A stretch of 64,000 nucleotides of DNA. Origin: Amoeboaphelidium protococcarum X5 (Eukaryota > Fungi > Aphelidiomycota). This document shows, in pieces, positions 1 through 13,713 of this stretch. The notes below the pieces were generated by a model, which worked only from the letters and a program-made list of their open reading frames with translations, made no database searches and had not been told where the DNA came from. The stretch covers positions 62,001 to 126,000 of the forward strand of contig JALDTO010000208.1 of the NCBI GenBank assembly GCA_023515725.1. The letters run 5' to 3'. How positions within the stretch are numbered: the first letter of the stretch is position 1; the number at the start of each line of letters is the position of its first letter. Made by a program: the position numbers and the translations under genes.

Positions 1-1
1 T

Positions 2-1129
<1,128 letters not shown>

Positions 1130-1224
1130 GTATGTTATGACTGTCTTTGTACCTGTGAAAGTATATATGTTATGATCAAAATTTAATATAAATCTGTTAA
1201 AAGTAGTATAATCAATTCTATTGA

Positions 1225-2840
1225 TCATAGTTCATCATCGTTATCATCACCAAATCCAAATCTTGGCTCTTCATCATATTCAGCTCTAATCTTAGCGATT
1301 CTCTCTTCCATGCAGAATTGCTACTTCAAAATGTCAGTAACATTAAAAAACGAGGAGCGTTACTGCTGTAGCTGCTTACGGGGATCCTGAAGTAATTGCT
1401 GCTGATGCATCTGAGCAATCTTGGTCAACATATGCTTCAACTTTTCCAATTCTCTATCACTATCGTCATCGAACCAGCTCTTGATGGGCACACCGTTATT
1501 CACCTGGAATGTGAAAGCCTCTATTGCATTATCCACTATGATAACCTTGCTCAAATCACGTCCTAGAATACGCAAGTCTTTAATAAAAGTCCCATCAATG
1601 TGCACACAACTATTTCTAAACAGTCTAAACTTGGTCCATTTCTTATTCTTATCCAGCAAATTCAAGATCTTATCAGCATAAATCTACTACGATGCTGTGA
1701 AAATGACAACTTCATACAGTTCTGACACATGATCGAGAAAATCCAATACAAACGGCCTCCTACATTAAATAATATGTACCATCATAAACACCCGAATGTG
1801 AACAAGAAATCTTACTATTTGGCGTAGACATCAAAGGTCCTGTTTTAAAAGTCTACCGTGAAATGGTGATCAAAAGACTAAAACTTTGATCTATCCGTGC
1901 TGCAGTGAACCAGAGTCTCATCCAAATCTAGAACTAGAGTCAATTTATCTTCTTATAATGGTGGTAGAGCATGTTATATGAACGGCAAATGATCGCTAGA
2001 CTTTGGATCACTGTTGATGCTCTATACCAAAAGGAACGACTCTATTGCTTCTTCTCCGACCAGATCGGACGTATCCAGCTAGTCGGACAGCTCAATGTGC
2101 TCATGGAAGGATATACTGAGTACTTGATCGTTCGCAGGATTCTCCTTATCTTCGATGGACATCACTTCATAGGATTGGTCGAAAGACTTGTCACCATCCT
2201 GTTAATGTAATGCATGCTGATCTAGACTGATAATACTACCAGACTTGGACACTGGTCTAGTATCAACCTTGATTTTCCTTGTTACGGATCTAGTCTAATA
2301 CTTGTGCTTATGCTGAGTGATATAAGGAGAGAAGAGGGCTCGATTCTCAGTTTCATCATTCTTCTGTGTCTCTTCCACAATTGTGTCATTGACAGCTGCT
2401 GTCATATTAACTTCTGGCGTAGAGTATTCCGCAGCTTCAGACACTTCAACCTCTTTCAGTACCACCTGCGGCTTTGATGACTACTTTTAAGTATTAAAAT
2501 TTAGTTTACGACTTGAAGCTCTACTCTATTCTGGCTATGATTACTATAATGGGGCACCAGCCAAACTTGACTTCTTATGAATGCGGGCAGGCGATGTGAA
2601 CATGAAACCATGAACTCCATCTGCAGGAGGAGTCTTTTATCTGACATGTTTCTATTTAACATTCTTCTGTGGACTAGATACCTCCATCATTTAACCTTAA
2701 TTATCATTTGGACCACCATTTAGAGTCTACTTTAAAACCTTTGCAGATCCAGGAGAGTTTCTTGCCTTGGCTTGTTCTTGGTAGCGTCTTGTTCTGACAG
2801 TGTTATTCGCAGGTCGCTTGCTGTCACTTCGATGTCTCAT
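1225..2840 (-). CDS. CTDSPL2: CTD small phosphatase-like (FCP/SCP HAD family, CTDSPL2-like) with long disordered N-terminus
   Basis: TLVLDLDETLVHCST (DxDxT), KDLRILGRDLSKVIIVDN and NGVPIKSWFDDDSDREL. One intron at 1760-1815. TGA at 1225-1227. ATG 2840 is inferred. Confidence 0.85.
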
Positions 2841-3540
2841 AATTAGAATTTTCAATTTTGACAAAGATGATGATGATAATACAGAGTTCAATCTACTAAT
2901 TAAACAGACAAGAGATTTTCTACTTATGAATATATAATTGAAGCCGCAGGCCCAGACAAAGTGTCTCCAAGTGTGCAATATATAGGTATGTGATAGACGA
3001 CGTCTGCTGTCTCTCGTGAGGGGATGAAACGAAACAATGGGAAGAGCGTGCGACAATGTGAAACGGCCGGTGTGCGTGTGAGTGAGTGTGAATGAATGTT
3101 ATTATTGCCAAACGTTTGTTTGTTTGTTTGCGCGTCTCACCTGGTGAAACAGCGTTACGCTGATTCTCACGGCAAAAATGTCAACGTAATGGCTCGACAT
3201 CTCCAACCTGGTATACACTACTTACATGCGATGCTCACTTTATTCTAATTAAACTTACCTAAAGGAAGATTCTAATACATGCAAGCAGCGTCTGGAACCA
3301 ACCTGGTAATTTTTAATCTATTTCATGTGTTTTGTATTTCGAAATAAATTTGAGATCTTTTTATACTTATCATTAATAATCAGTACCAAAGCAAAGACTT
3401 ATTGAAAGTCACGTTTTCTGCTTCATCGCTTTGATAGAACTCTGATAGAACCGCGATTTTTCAGATTTCTCTCACTGATCTACTTTATAAAATCTCGCGA
3501 CTAAAAATATCAGGAATTGAGAACGAATATCACCTGCATA

Positions 3541-4341
3541 ATGATGATGATAAGTATGCGATTGTGCAAAAGAACTGCAATGTCGTATGCAGGAAAAGGC
3601 AAAGCTGTGAGAGGTGAAGTGCCAAAGTAGATCTATGAAGACACGCTGTAGTCAAAGGTTCCACCGGCCCCATATGCGTGGATGAAAGCATAGCTGTCGC
3701 CACCACCACCTACTAATTAGAAGCTTATTACTGCTTGGAGGAAAATTTTAAATCATGTTGCTGAACACGTCACCTTACGTAGACCAATGAGATTTAGACT
3801 GGCACTGAATAGAATGGATAAAGAGCTGGATACGCCATCAGCTCCGTGGGAATGGAAGGATATATTCGCGTTTGTGCGCCCGGATCAGAGATTTAAATAC
3901 ATTGGGCAAACTGTCATGAATCATTATGTTTCTCTTATGCTGGCAATTGCTGATGGAAACTAGAAGGCTGTTAAGGATCTGGTGATCGAGGATTTGAGTG
4001 CAGATATTCTCAAGGAGATGTCGTATAGACAGGATCCGTTTATGCCGCATAGTCAGTTCAGATACGAGTACTAGGCGTAGGGATTTAAGATATGTATGGT
4101 ATGGTTTAGATTCACTGACGCCGAGAAGATCAATCCACATGTGCAGGAGAATTATAAGGTGGCAAATATGATTGTACGGGTGAAATGTCTCGAAAGGGCG
4201 CGCGTCATGAATGGCCGAGATCTGGTGGCCGGTAACCTTGAACTATCACCATCTGACGTCTATTTATGGTTCTATGGGGTTGTGGACTAGGAACGTAAAG
4301 AAATTAAGTGGAAGATTTAACACATGCATAGAATAGCATGA
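3541..4341 (+). CDS. Tim44-like domain mitochondrial protein (mL45/Mba1-like)
   Basis: 266-aa code-6 ORF with a basic, mitochondrial-targeting-like N-terminus. C-terminal pattern (LVAGN...DVYLWF...WKI) resembles the Tim44/mL45 domain, judged by eye only. Confidence 0.55.
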
Positions 4342-4385
4342 AATATAAATTGACTCAATCTAGAATAAATTCAGTAGATATAAAT

Positions 4386-4871
4386 TCACGCGTCAGTTGA
4401 CGAATCCTTTTAATTAGGATCTTTTACACGTATGCTTCTACCATGAAGAGCTTGGAAGCAATTTAGGCACATTTATTTCTAGAGCTTCCAGCCATTACAT
4501 AAAGGACATCGCGTGAAAGTATCATTCATATTCATGTCTCTTGATAGCTAGAAGTAGGCTTTTTTCGTGTTGGCTTTCAATGTCGGTATTTGATCATCTT
4601 TGTCGCCGTTGCTCTTCTGTTTGTTATTCTATTTACCATTACGATCGCCTTCCTTATTATAATCCTAATCATCATCATCTTCATCATTATTAAAGTTAAA
4701 CTAAAACTTTTTGAGAAACTATTGAGATTAGACTTGATGCCTGGCACGCACAGTAGCCTTAGATCTATGCTTCTTTGGAGATGCCAATAATATTCCATCA
4801 AATATACTCTTCCACTTTGTCTTTATCTCTTAAACTAGACCAAATGACGCGTCAATTACTACCGCTGACAT
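4386..4871 (-). CDS. MRPL32: Mitochondrial ribosomal protein bL32m
   Basis: ILLASPKKHRSKATVRAR followed by CPLCNGWKL(Q)K(Q)MCLNC zinc-ribbon; acidic/N-rich insert between them. 161 aa, TGA stop. Confidence 0.8.
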
Positions 4872-5039
4872 TATAATATTCTAATACAGTTGTTATCGAT
4901 GATTGAGAATATTTTAAAGATACAATTCCTTAACAAAGCAGAGATATGAAAAAAGTGCTCAGAGCTTTCTCTCTCAAGAAGGAAAAACGCGTTTTACTGT
5001 CAACCAAAAGCTTAAAAAAACAGCGCAAAGATCAGCAGA

Positions 5040-6587
5040 ATGTAAGCATTTATCAAGTCATTACCTTCTGCGTCGAGTATCAAGCCTGTCCAGGTGCCGA
5101 GGGAAGTATTTGACAATTATTCACATAATCTTAATTGGTATCCTGGTCATATGGCCAAGTGTATGAAAGTGATTGAGTAAAGGTTGCTACCATCAGGACT
5201 ATTGAAATAGAACAATCCAAATAACTCTAAATTGAATACCTATCATACAACGCAGTAATAGCTTGATAATCACGTTGGTATGGTACTTGAAGTGCGAGAC
5301 GCGAGAATACCTTTATCTAGCGTAAATTAAAGATTTAATCGGATGCTATCACCCTCAACTGCTGGGCAATCAAAGATTGTGTATTATAGAAATGCGTGGG
5401 GCGAGAAGGTTGGTGCGCCTATCAAACATCCAGAGCACGTTGTTTTGTACAATAAATGCGATTTGATTGATGGAAATATGCCGTCCACATCATGGCATAA
5501 ACGATTGGAACTTCTTGATAAAGATTAGACCCCAAAATACTTTCTAGCGTCCGATGATAAGGATTAGACTGCTTAACTGCTACAACACTTGGTTGCTCGA
5601 TGGATACAAATACACCGAGAATCCATGTCTCAATATAAATCAGTGCCGTATCCTGCGCTGACTATCCTGGCAATAGGCTTGCCCAATACTGGTAAAAGCA
5701 CTCTCATTAATTCACTTCGCGTCAATGGTATGGGGTACTTAAGAGCACCTAATCTGAGGAAGAGGTAGAAGAATGACAAAGTTGCCGCTGTGGGAGTTAA
5801 TCCAGGATTCACAACATCTTTATCGCAGAAGATCAAGATTATAGATACTGTTGATCCATAGCCTGCTGGAGTCAAAGAGACTGAGATATCAAAGTAACTC
5901 CGAATGGACGGAGTGAGATTACGCGTTTACATCATGGACTCACCTGGCGTTCTACCTCCCGATTTATACAGAGACGACGATAGATCATCGAAAGGGCATA
6001 AGAATTTACTACGCCTGCTGAATCTCGGACTCGTCAACAATGTACCGATAGAGACTCATTTTGTGTCTAATGCTTCATCCTCTATTCGCGGCATCCAAGT
6101 CGCGTAGTTATCACATTACCTGTGGTGGCGAATTAAGAATGTTTGGAAACTTGATGCTCACATTAGATTGATTCTTGGAATGCCTCCCTTGGATGATACT
6201 TCTTAAACAGATGATAGTTCTACAGTTAAATAGTTGAGCGTGTAAGAGGAAATACACCAAATTGCGTGCTTTATTGCTACTCAGCGCGGTTCTTTACTGG
6301 CAAATGGCGCACCTGATGTTGAGGCAGGCATGTCGCGTTTCCTCAAATTGTGGCGTGAGGGAATTTTGTATCGACGCCTGGGTTTGCTTCCATCCAAGGC
6401 ATAGAATATCGACGATGGATTGCATTAGAGTGAAATTGGAATATACGACCGTGTCCCAAGACATATATCTAAACATTTCTGGAAATTTGCCATGATTGAC
6501 GATGACCTTCTTATGGAATAATACGTGAATGATGTTGCTTCAGATATTTAAAATTTAAATCAAAAAGTTGTGACTGAGACAGTATGA
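5040..6587 (+). CDS. MTG1: Mitochondrial ribosome-assembly GTPase Mtg1 (RbgA/YlqF family)
   Basis: NWYPGHMAK, LEVRDARIPLSS, YNKCDL, IGLPNTGKSTLINSL, VGVNPGFT, MDSPGVL. Single code-6 frame, 515 aa. Confidence 0.9.
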
Positions 6588-6612
6588 TAGAATAGATGTA
6601 TTTTTTATGACT

Positions 6613-7275
6613 TCATTGACTTTTAATTCTAAAAAATGTAACCACGTCAAATTAATTATTGAGTTATTCTCCATTATCTGCAATCAACTTCACTGATTGA
6701 GAGACGATTATATCTTCTATGCAAGCTAAACTATTAACTATGGATTAGTCTTTAAGTGACACATTTTTTGTGAGCAACTCTTACACTTCTCCATCAATGC
6801 CCGAGTTGTCAGCCGCCACTAGAAAGAATCCAGTTACATCATCAAACACGGTGTTGCATATCTCCCGACACTGAAACACTTTTTGCTGTTTATAATACAC
6901 CTTGGACACTATTTAAATTTAAATTACGTTATCTGACTATATAACCGTGAATAGCTAAGATTTGAACGTTTGATCTGCACAAATCTGAATGTTCATGGAG
7001 ACGTGAGCTAGCCTGCACACTGATTACGGTGAGAATTGCGCCGCATGTTTCACCTTGACAAACTCTTTGAGATCCGCTGGTCCAAGCTTGTTCTATGCAA
7101 TCTTATCCACTTTTTTGTATTTGAGAAGAGGTGAAGCAATTTCAGATACAACTGGCGACGGATATGCATCTACTCCACTACGAGCATATTTACCTTTTGT
7201 AGTTTTAATCTCTCTTTAACAGTCTGCGTTGACTGTACCATCACCCGTTACACAAGACTCACTATTGATATCCAT
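6613..7275 (-). CDS. Hypothetical protein (220 aa)
   Basis: Code-6 ORF from ATG 7275 to TGA 6613-6615 with in-frame TAR codons. No confident family; may be the 3' exon of a larger gene. Confidence 0.45.
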
Positions 7276-7576
7276 ACTTATGAAGAGGCAATTCAATACC
7301 AAAACTCAAGATAAGTTGAGTATGAACATGAGAGGCTTCCATTCAGATTTTGCGATCATTTACGTTTCCATAGAGACTGACATTACTGAACGCATATCTG
7401 TCGTTGAGATGAAACGCGCTGGGATTATCCACACTGAGGTCGGATCTCACAGCTATTTATCATATCGCTGAAGTCATTCACTCAGGCTACCTATTAATCT
7501 TGACTAAATAAGTTTATATTGGTGTAATGATGCTCTAATCTTGATTAAACAGTGTAGTTTTTTCATGTTCTATTCA

Positions 7577-8160
7577 TCATTCATCTTTTGGTTCGTACCC
7601 GATTGTTTTAAATGATATCTGTGTTTCGCTACCTTTGTAAATTTTGACCGATTCTGAAGCAACTTTAATATGCCTGTTTGCGTGTAATGTGGCAATAGTG
7701 TGAGCAGTCTGTATACTGAATATAGCAAAGGGAATATTAAGCTTACTCGATGTACTCATGGAAATAATGTGGCTGATATGTACATTGAACATGGATTTAC
7801 GCTTCTATTTATCGATCTGCTATTGCACAAGAAGAACGTGTACCGACACATTTTATTTAATAGATTATAGTATGTTGAGCATGGTCTCGGTATGCCTGTA
7901 ATACGAATACTCATTCTCTAATTGCTGTTTGATGTCTATGTTAGAACGCTCCGAAATGGAAATTTACAATCTTCTGACAGTTTAACTTCTCAAGCAGATG
8001 CAATCTCTTTTTATGCAAGCAATTATGCGTAACTACTCCTCAGGAGTGCACTGGATGTATTGCTGTATCACGTCGTTGTGAGGGGACTTGTTCTGTTAAC
8101 TCTGCCCGCTCGGTATGCCATCGTGAAGTTCAACTACATATCTATAGCGCTCATCATTAG
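7577..8160 (-). CDS. Possible hypothetical coding segment, start unresolved
   Basis: About 190 TGA-free codons in one frame ending at TGA 7577-7579. Bounded upstream by an in-frame TGA near 8163 with no clean start or intron found. Confidence 0.25.
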
Positions 8161-8705
8161 CTCATTCCCGAAACTTCTCCTCCTGCCCATGGTGATTTGG
8201 GATTATTAAAAGTCTTTTGGGCATATGTTTGGATGGGAATGGTTTTACATGGTGGATCTGCTCGTATTTACTTCAAACACAGAGGCATTATCAGTATTTC
8301 TTGATACTTCATATCTAACTGCAATGTTTTATACATCAGTGGGATTTTTAATCAACAGTCTATCTGGTTAATTGTTGAAATCTTTCGATTTGTTTACTTG
8401 AGACTAGTTGATGAATGTAATGATGTTGTCGTATTGTTTTGTTTTTTTGAGTCTGACCTTTTGTTATCGATATATATAAAGTATATAGGAACGAGTATTC
8501 AATCGACATCAATTAATAGCCTAAGATACCAAGAGGTGAGACAGTAATGGACGTCTTTGCTCAAATGGCTGTGACGCGACGCGGTTGTTCGCATTCTGAA
8601 ACGATTAATCTTCCGGAGCGAGAAACATTCTTTCTTCAATTTTCACAACGATTTAACCATTTCTTAACTTTTGTCGTTTAATTATAGTCCAATAGTAGTG
8701 TGGAG

Positions 8706-11700
8706 ATGGGAGTTCCTGCATTGTTTAGATGGTTGTAGAAAAATTATCCTAAAATTATCTCCAAGTGTAAAGAAGAGTTACCGAATTCTGTGGATGGAAT
8801 TGAGATTCCTATTGATCTTAGTTAGCCTAATCCGAATGGGGAGGAGTTTGATAATCTCTACCTGGACATGAATGGTATAGTGCACCCTTGTACTCATCCT
8901 GAGGACAAACCTCCGCCTAAGAATGAGGATGAGGCAATGATTGAGATTTTTAGGTACATTGATAGGATCATGGCCATCATTCGACCGCGGAAGCTTCTCT
9001 ACATGGCCATTGATGGAACTGCGCCGAGAGCTAAAATGAATCAGCAGAGAAGTAGGCGGTTTAGAACGGCGTAAGAGGCCAAGGCATAAGCTGAGTCTGC
9101 CAAAAAGGCGCGTCAAGATTTAATAGATTCTGGTGTGCTTGCGGAGGATAAGGGTGAAGAAGGCTCTGGGGAATAAGAGGAGGAGAGGTTTGATTCCAAC
9201 TGTATCACTCCAGGTACTCCTTTCATGAAGAAGTTGTCGGATTCTCTCTAATACTATATAGCTCAAAGATTGGAAGAAGGCACATGGGGAGAGTGTAAAG
9301 TGATTTTGTCTGATGCAAGTGTGCCCGGTGAAGGTGAGCACAAGATTATGGAGTATTTGAGGGGATAACGCGCTCATTAGATGCATAATCCCAATCTTAA
9401 GCATGTTATTTACGGACTGGACGCGGATCTCATTATGCTTGCGTTGCTGACGCATGAGCCTCACTTTAAAGTGCTGAGAGAGGACGTGTTCTTTTAAAAT
9501 GATAAGGATTAGAAATGTTACAGGTGTAATCAGTTTGGACACAGATCTGATCAGTGCACAGGGTAGTTGAATTTGAGTCAAGGCAAGAGTTCCACGAATA
9601 ATGATGTACAGGTACTTAAACCATTCATATTTCTGAATGTGAATGTGCTGAGAGAGTACCTCGAGGTGGAAATGTTTGTGCCCAATTTGTAAAATTTCAA
9701 ATTTGATGTTGAACGAGCTATTGATGATTGGATCTTCTTGTGCTTCTTTGTGGGAAATGATTTTCTACCGCACATGCCATCTCTGGAGATTCGTGAAGAT
9801 GCCATTAGTCGTCTAATTAGACTTTATAAAGACAATTTGCAGAAAATGGGCGGGTACCTGGTGCATAAAGGAGATGTAGACTTGTAGCGGCTGTAGATTC
9901 TTATGGAGGCTGTCGGGCAAGAAGAGCCAAAGATTTTCTAGGATCGCAAGAAGCGTGAAGATGAACATTTGGCTAGATAGAAGGCACGTGAGGATAGATA
10001 TAATGATAGAAAGTAGGATAGGAAATAGTCCACTATAAGTTAATAGGACCGCAGAGCTGAGCGAAAAGGTAATCGTATCATGGAACAGAGGTCGTTGGAG
10101 GTGATTCCTATCAATAGGCCTGACAAGGTGAAAGAGATGAATTAGAAATTTGTCAAGGAGACTCTGGAGTAAAAGAATAAGAGCAATTTTTCTCACGCTG
10201 AGATGATAAAGTAGAAGCTGCTTGGTAAGAGATTGCGCATTGATATTGACGATGAGTCTAAAGAGAGTGTTGAAGAGGCTGATGGCGGCGATCTTAATGA
10301 TAGGCTACCTTCTAGTAAAGTTCTTGTTGTCAATGCTGATGGAATTGAATCTAAGGATGAGGTAGCAACTGCTATTGGGGATGATCTTACTTCAAATTCA
10401 TAAAATAATTCTTAGGATAGTGATGCAATATAGACTGAACAAAAAGAGGTTAAAGACAACGGCAATTAGGAGTAGGAGGAAATAGAAGAAGTTGACGATG
10501 ATGATGAAGAAGAGGATGATCCTAATGCAGATAATGTACGTCTTTGGGAAGATGGGTATAGAGATCGGTATTACGAGCGCAAGTTTGGAGTTGATGCGAC
10601 TGACATTGATTTCAGAAAGAAGCTTGTACATTCTTATGTTGAAGGACTATGCTGGGTGTTAAAGTACTATTTTCAAGGTTGTCAGTCATGGAAGTGGTAT
10701 TTTCCGTACCATTATGCTCCGTTTGCTCAGGATTTTGAACTCACTGACCTGTAGGCAGAGTGCAAGATAGAATTTGATAAAGGTACACCATTTAAGCCGT
10801 TTGAGTAGTTAATGGGTGTTCTGCCTGCAGGATCCAAGAGCCACATTCCTCATTAATTTCATCATTTGATGACCAAAGAAGATTCTACTATTATAGACTT
10901 TTATCCTGAAGATTTTAAGATTGATTTGAATGGTAAAAAGTATGCCTGGCAAGGAGTAGCGCTATTGCCTTTCATTGATGAGAATAGATTGAAGGATGCC
11001 ATGGAGTAGTCATATGCTCTTCTTGATCAGTCGGAGCTATAGTTGGATCAGTTTGGACAAGATATTTTGTACATTTGTAAGCGAAGCAATCGTCTCTATA
11101 ATCTTTTGAAAGTTTGTTATGATGATAGTAGTAGTAAAAAATTAAAGAAGCCCATGAATTTAAATGCTGGTATTGCTTTATTGTCTGGCTCTGTGTAGCC
11201 GTTTGATTAAGCTCTCAGAGAAGGTAGTGCAGTAAAAAGTGCGTTCAAATAGTTTGGTATGGGAGATCTGAAGGTTCATTCCACCATATCGCTGCATTAT
11301 TACAACACCAAGCCGAAGGATGGCTATTGCTTTCCAGCTGAAATACCTAGAAATGCCAAAGTGCCTGCGCGAGTGCTCTCGGAAGATGATCGCCAGTTTG
11401 TGTTGGGTGGACGTTAAAGGAGGAGTACCTAAAGTCGACATGCTAGCCAATCTTCATAAGCGTCATCATCATCATCATTTAATCGATAATCAAGTAGTTA
11501 GAACTTTGATGGTCAGTCCCAATAGCAGGTTTATCCGCAGTCTGCATATAATTTTGCTCAACATTAAGTATCTTATTAGTCTGGATACCCTTCTTAGAAT
11601 GGATCTTATTAGCAATATTATGGGAATTAGTAGTAGTAGCAGTAGTCCTAATACGGTTCTTCGTATCAATAATACTAGTACGGATACGCGTAATAAAATT

Positions 11701-11909
11701 ATGGTTATGGTTAGCAATAATAATAGTAATATTATGGATACAATTAGTAATAGCAGTATAATTTCCCGCAGCAAGGAGCACAGTCACAGCATATTTGGTA
11801 CGATGCTCAAGGTAGACCTGTCAGTGGCGGCTAGAATCAGTAGCATCAGTAGTACCAGTAGCACTAAAATTCAAAGTAAAATTAAGGAAACTAGAGTTAT
11901 AAACATTGA
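8706..11909 (+). CDS. XRN2: 5'-3' exoribonuclease XRN2/Rat1
   Basis: [68 protein letters not shown], zinc knuckle [36 protein letters not shown]. Intronless, 1067 aa, Q/N/Y-rich tail. Confidence 0.96.
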
Positions 11910-11986
11910 TAATGATATCATAGTGTTACTAGCATATATATTTCATATTCTTCATGCGTACTCGTAATATTTTATCACTTTAAACT

Positions 11987-13178
11987 TCACTAAAAGTCTT
12001 GCTAGTTCAAGTCAAATAAGTAATTGGCAGCAAGCATCTCGTTCTTATCACAGGCCAGATACGCCTCAACAGCCGAATTTCTATCAAATCCAAGTGCCAC
12101 AAGTCTCTCGATAGCTTCATTCTCTTCCCGGGTAAGTCGGATAACAGTGGCCCCTTCAGGTACACCACCTTCGCCGCCACTATATGCCAGCCATTGGAAG
12201 AACTGCTGTGGATTCTATGCAATAAGTTATAGCAGGTGTGGATGAGACTGAGCAAGTTGACCCAAAATAGGCTCCAGCATTTGAGGATTAGTCAGCACCA
12301 TCTATCTCAACTGTTCGAACTGTGGAACTTATCTCAGCTCATCAAAAGGTGAAGGTCCTTACTCCATCGCCTGATCATCGTACTCTTCACCAACACCTCC
12401 CACGTCAACATCATCCATGTCTCCTTCACCGGCAGCATCTACATCTCCACCAGCCGTGGCAGTAGTTGAAGCATTCTCATCACTACCACCAGCACCTGCC
12501 TGACTTTATGCCAACTCAGCCGGGATACCAGACATTAGATACTCAACGGCACGATCTGGATTGTTAAATGCAGCGCGCATAGCCTTAACAACTTCTTCTT
12601 TGGTGAAGCCCATCTCGCACAAATTATTCACAGCCGCTTGGTATTATTCACCTGATAGCAGAGCACTCGCACCAGTTGAGAACTGTCCACCTCCGGAAGG
12701 ACTAGCTTATTGCTATTACTACTACACTTACATAACGCTGCCTTCCTTCTTCTGAGGAGCAGCGGGTTGCTATTATTGCTGTTACTTTGACTATGACGCA
12801 CCGGAAGATTATTTAGCTGCAGGAGTAGCAGGAGCAGGTGTAGCCGCAGGAGCAGTCTACTTCTTTTCAACTTTAGGCTTAGTCACCATGAGCACAATGA
12901 AATCCCCATCCTTGACTCCATAATCTGACAACAGCTTCTCATTCTCCAAAATCTTTCCACTAAAAATCAACTTTTACAGATCTATACTCGAAGCATTCAA
13001 CGAATCTTACGCTGCAATCTTCTCTTTAACTTGAAGAACCTACAATATAATAAAGTATATCCATTATACGGTCGAGATGGTGAGTCAATGAAGTGTCCAT
13101 GGAGTGAATTACCGTGTCTGAAGGCTCCACCTCAAAATTGAAAGTTTTCTACTACAACGTCTTGACTGTAATCTTCAT
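11987..13178 (-). CDS. RAD23: UV excision repair / ubiquitin receptor RAD23
   Basis: [11 protein letters not shown](QQ)KTF; [19 protein letters not shown]; C-terminal [20 protein letters not shown]. Intron 13040-13112. Confidence 0.94.
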
Positions 13179-13713
13179 ATCTTCCTATTTTACTGTAATT
13201 AATGAACTAAATGAAATAATTCAGCTTAATATGACTTTAAGGCACTTGTATTGACGCAATTTAAATGTTTTAAGCGCTGAACTTTTATGAAGAAAGATGG
13301 AGAAAGAGAGCAGCTCTCTATAGGCGGAAAATCTCTCAAGAAAGAATAAACGCGAAACGTCCCGACCGCATAACTTCGAACGATGCTGTGACTAATCGGC
13401 ACTGGTTACATGATTTACAAAATGTCATTGGCACAACGAAATATTTGCAATGTTTCGGTGTATTGAGATGGCTTTAATAGATCTAGCACTTTAATGCAAT
13501 TCATTATAAAGGAAGGCGCGATTATTGCTGAGTAACGTGTGAGAAATCAGTATCTAAGCGAGAGAAGGCGATGCGCCCCCTTAGATCAATGTAAACCCGT
13601 TTAACATTACGTCTTACTCTCCATAGAGGGATTTGACGCCTTTTTTGTGAATTTTAAAATAGAATCTAGCCAGTCAGTGTGCTAATAGGTGCATTTGGTA
13701 TACTAGCGGACAG

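Noticed and set aside
3068-3130. Short GT/GTGA/TTTG repeats upstream of the CTDSPL2-like gene, with similar ACTC/GCTT runs near 20420-20450
   Set aside because: Too short and degenerate to support any function beyond ordinary microsatellite-like promoter sequence.
4577-4801. Hydrophobic ORFs 4590-4790 (+) and 4577-4801 (-)
   Set aside because: Shadow frames of the acidic/N-rich insert in bL32m.
11320-11967. 215-aa plus-strand ORF and antisense ORFs 11479-11787 and 11490-11774 in the track
   Set aside because: Alternative-frame shadows of the low-complexity XRN2 tail.
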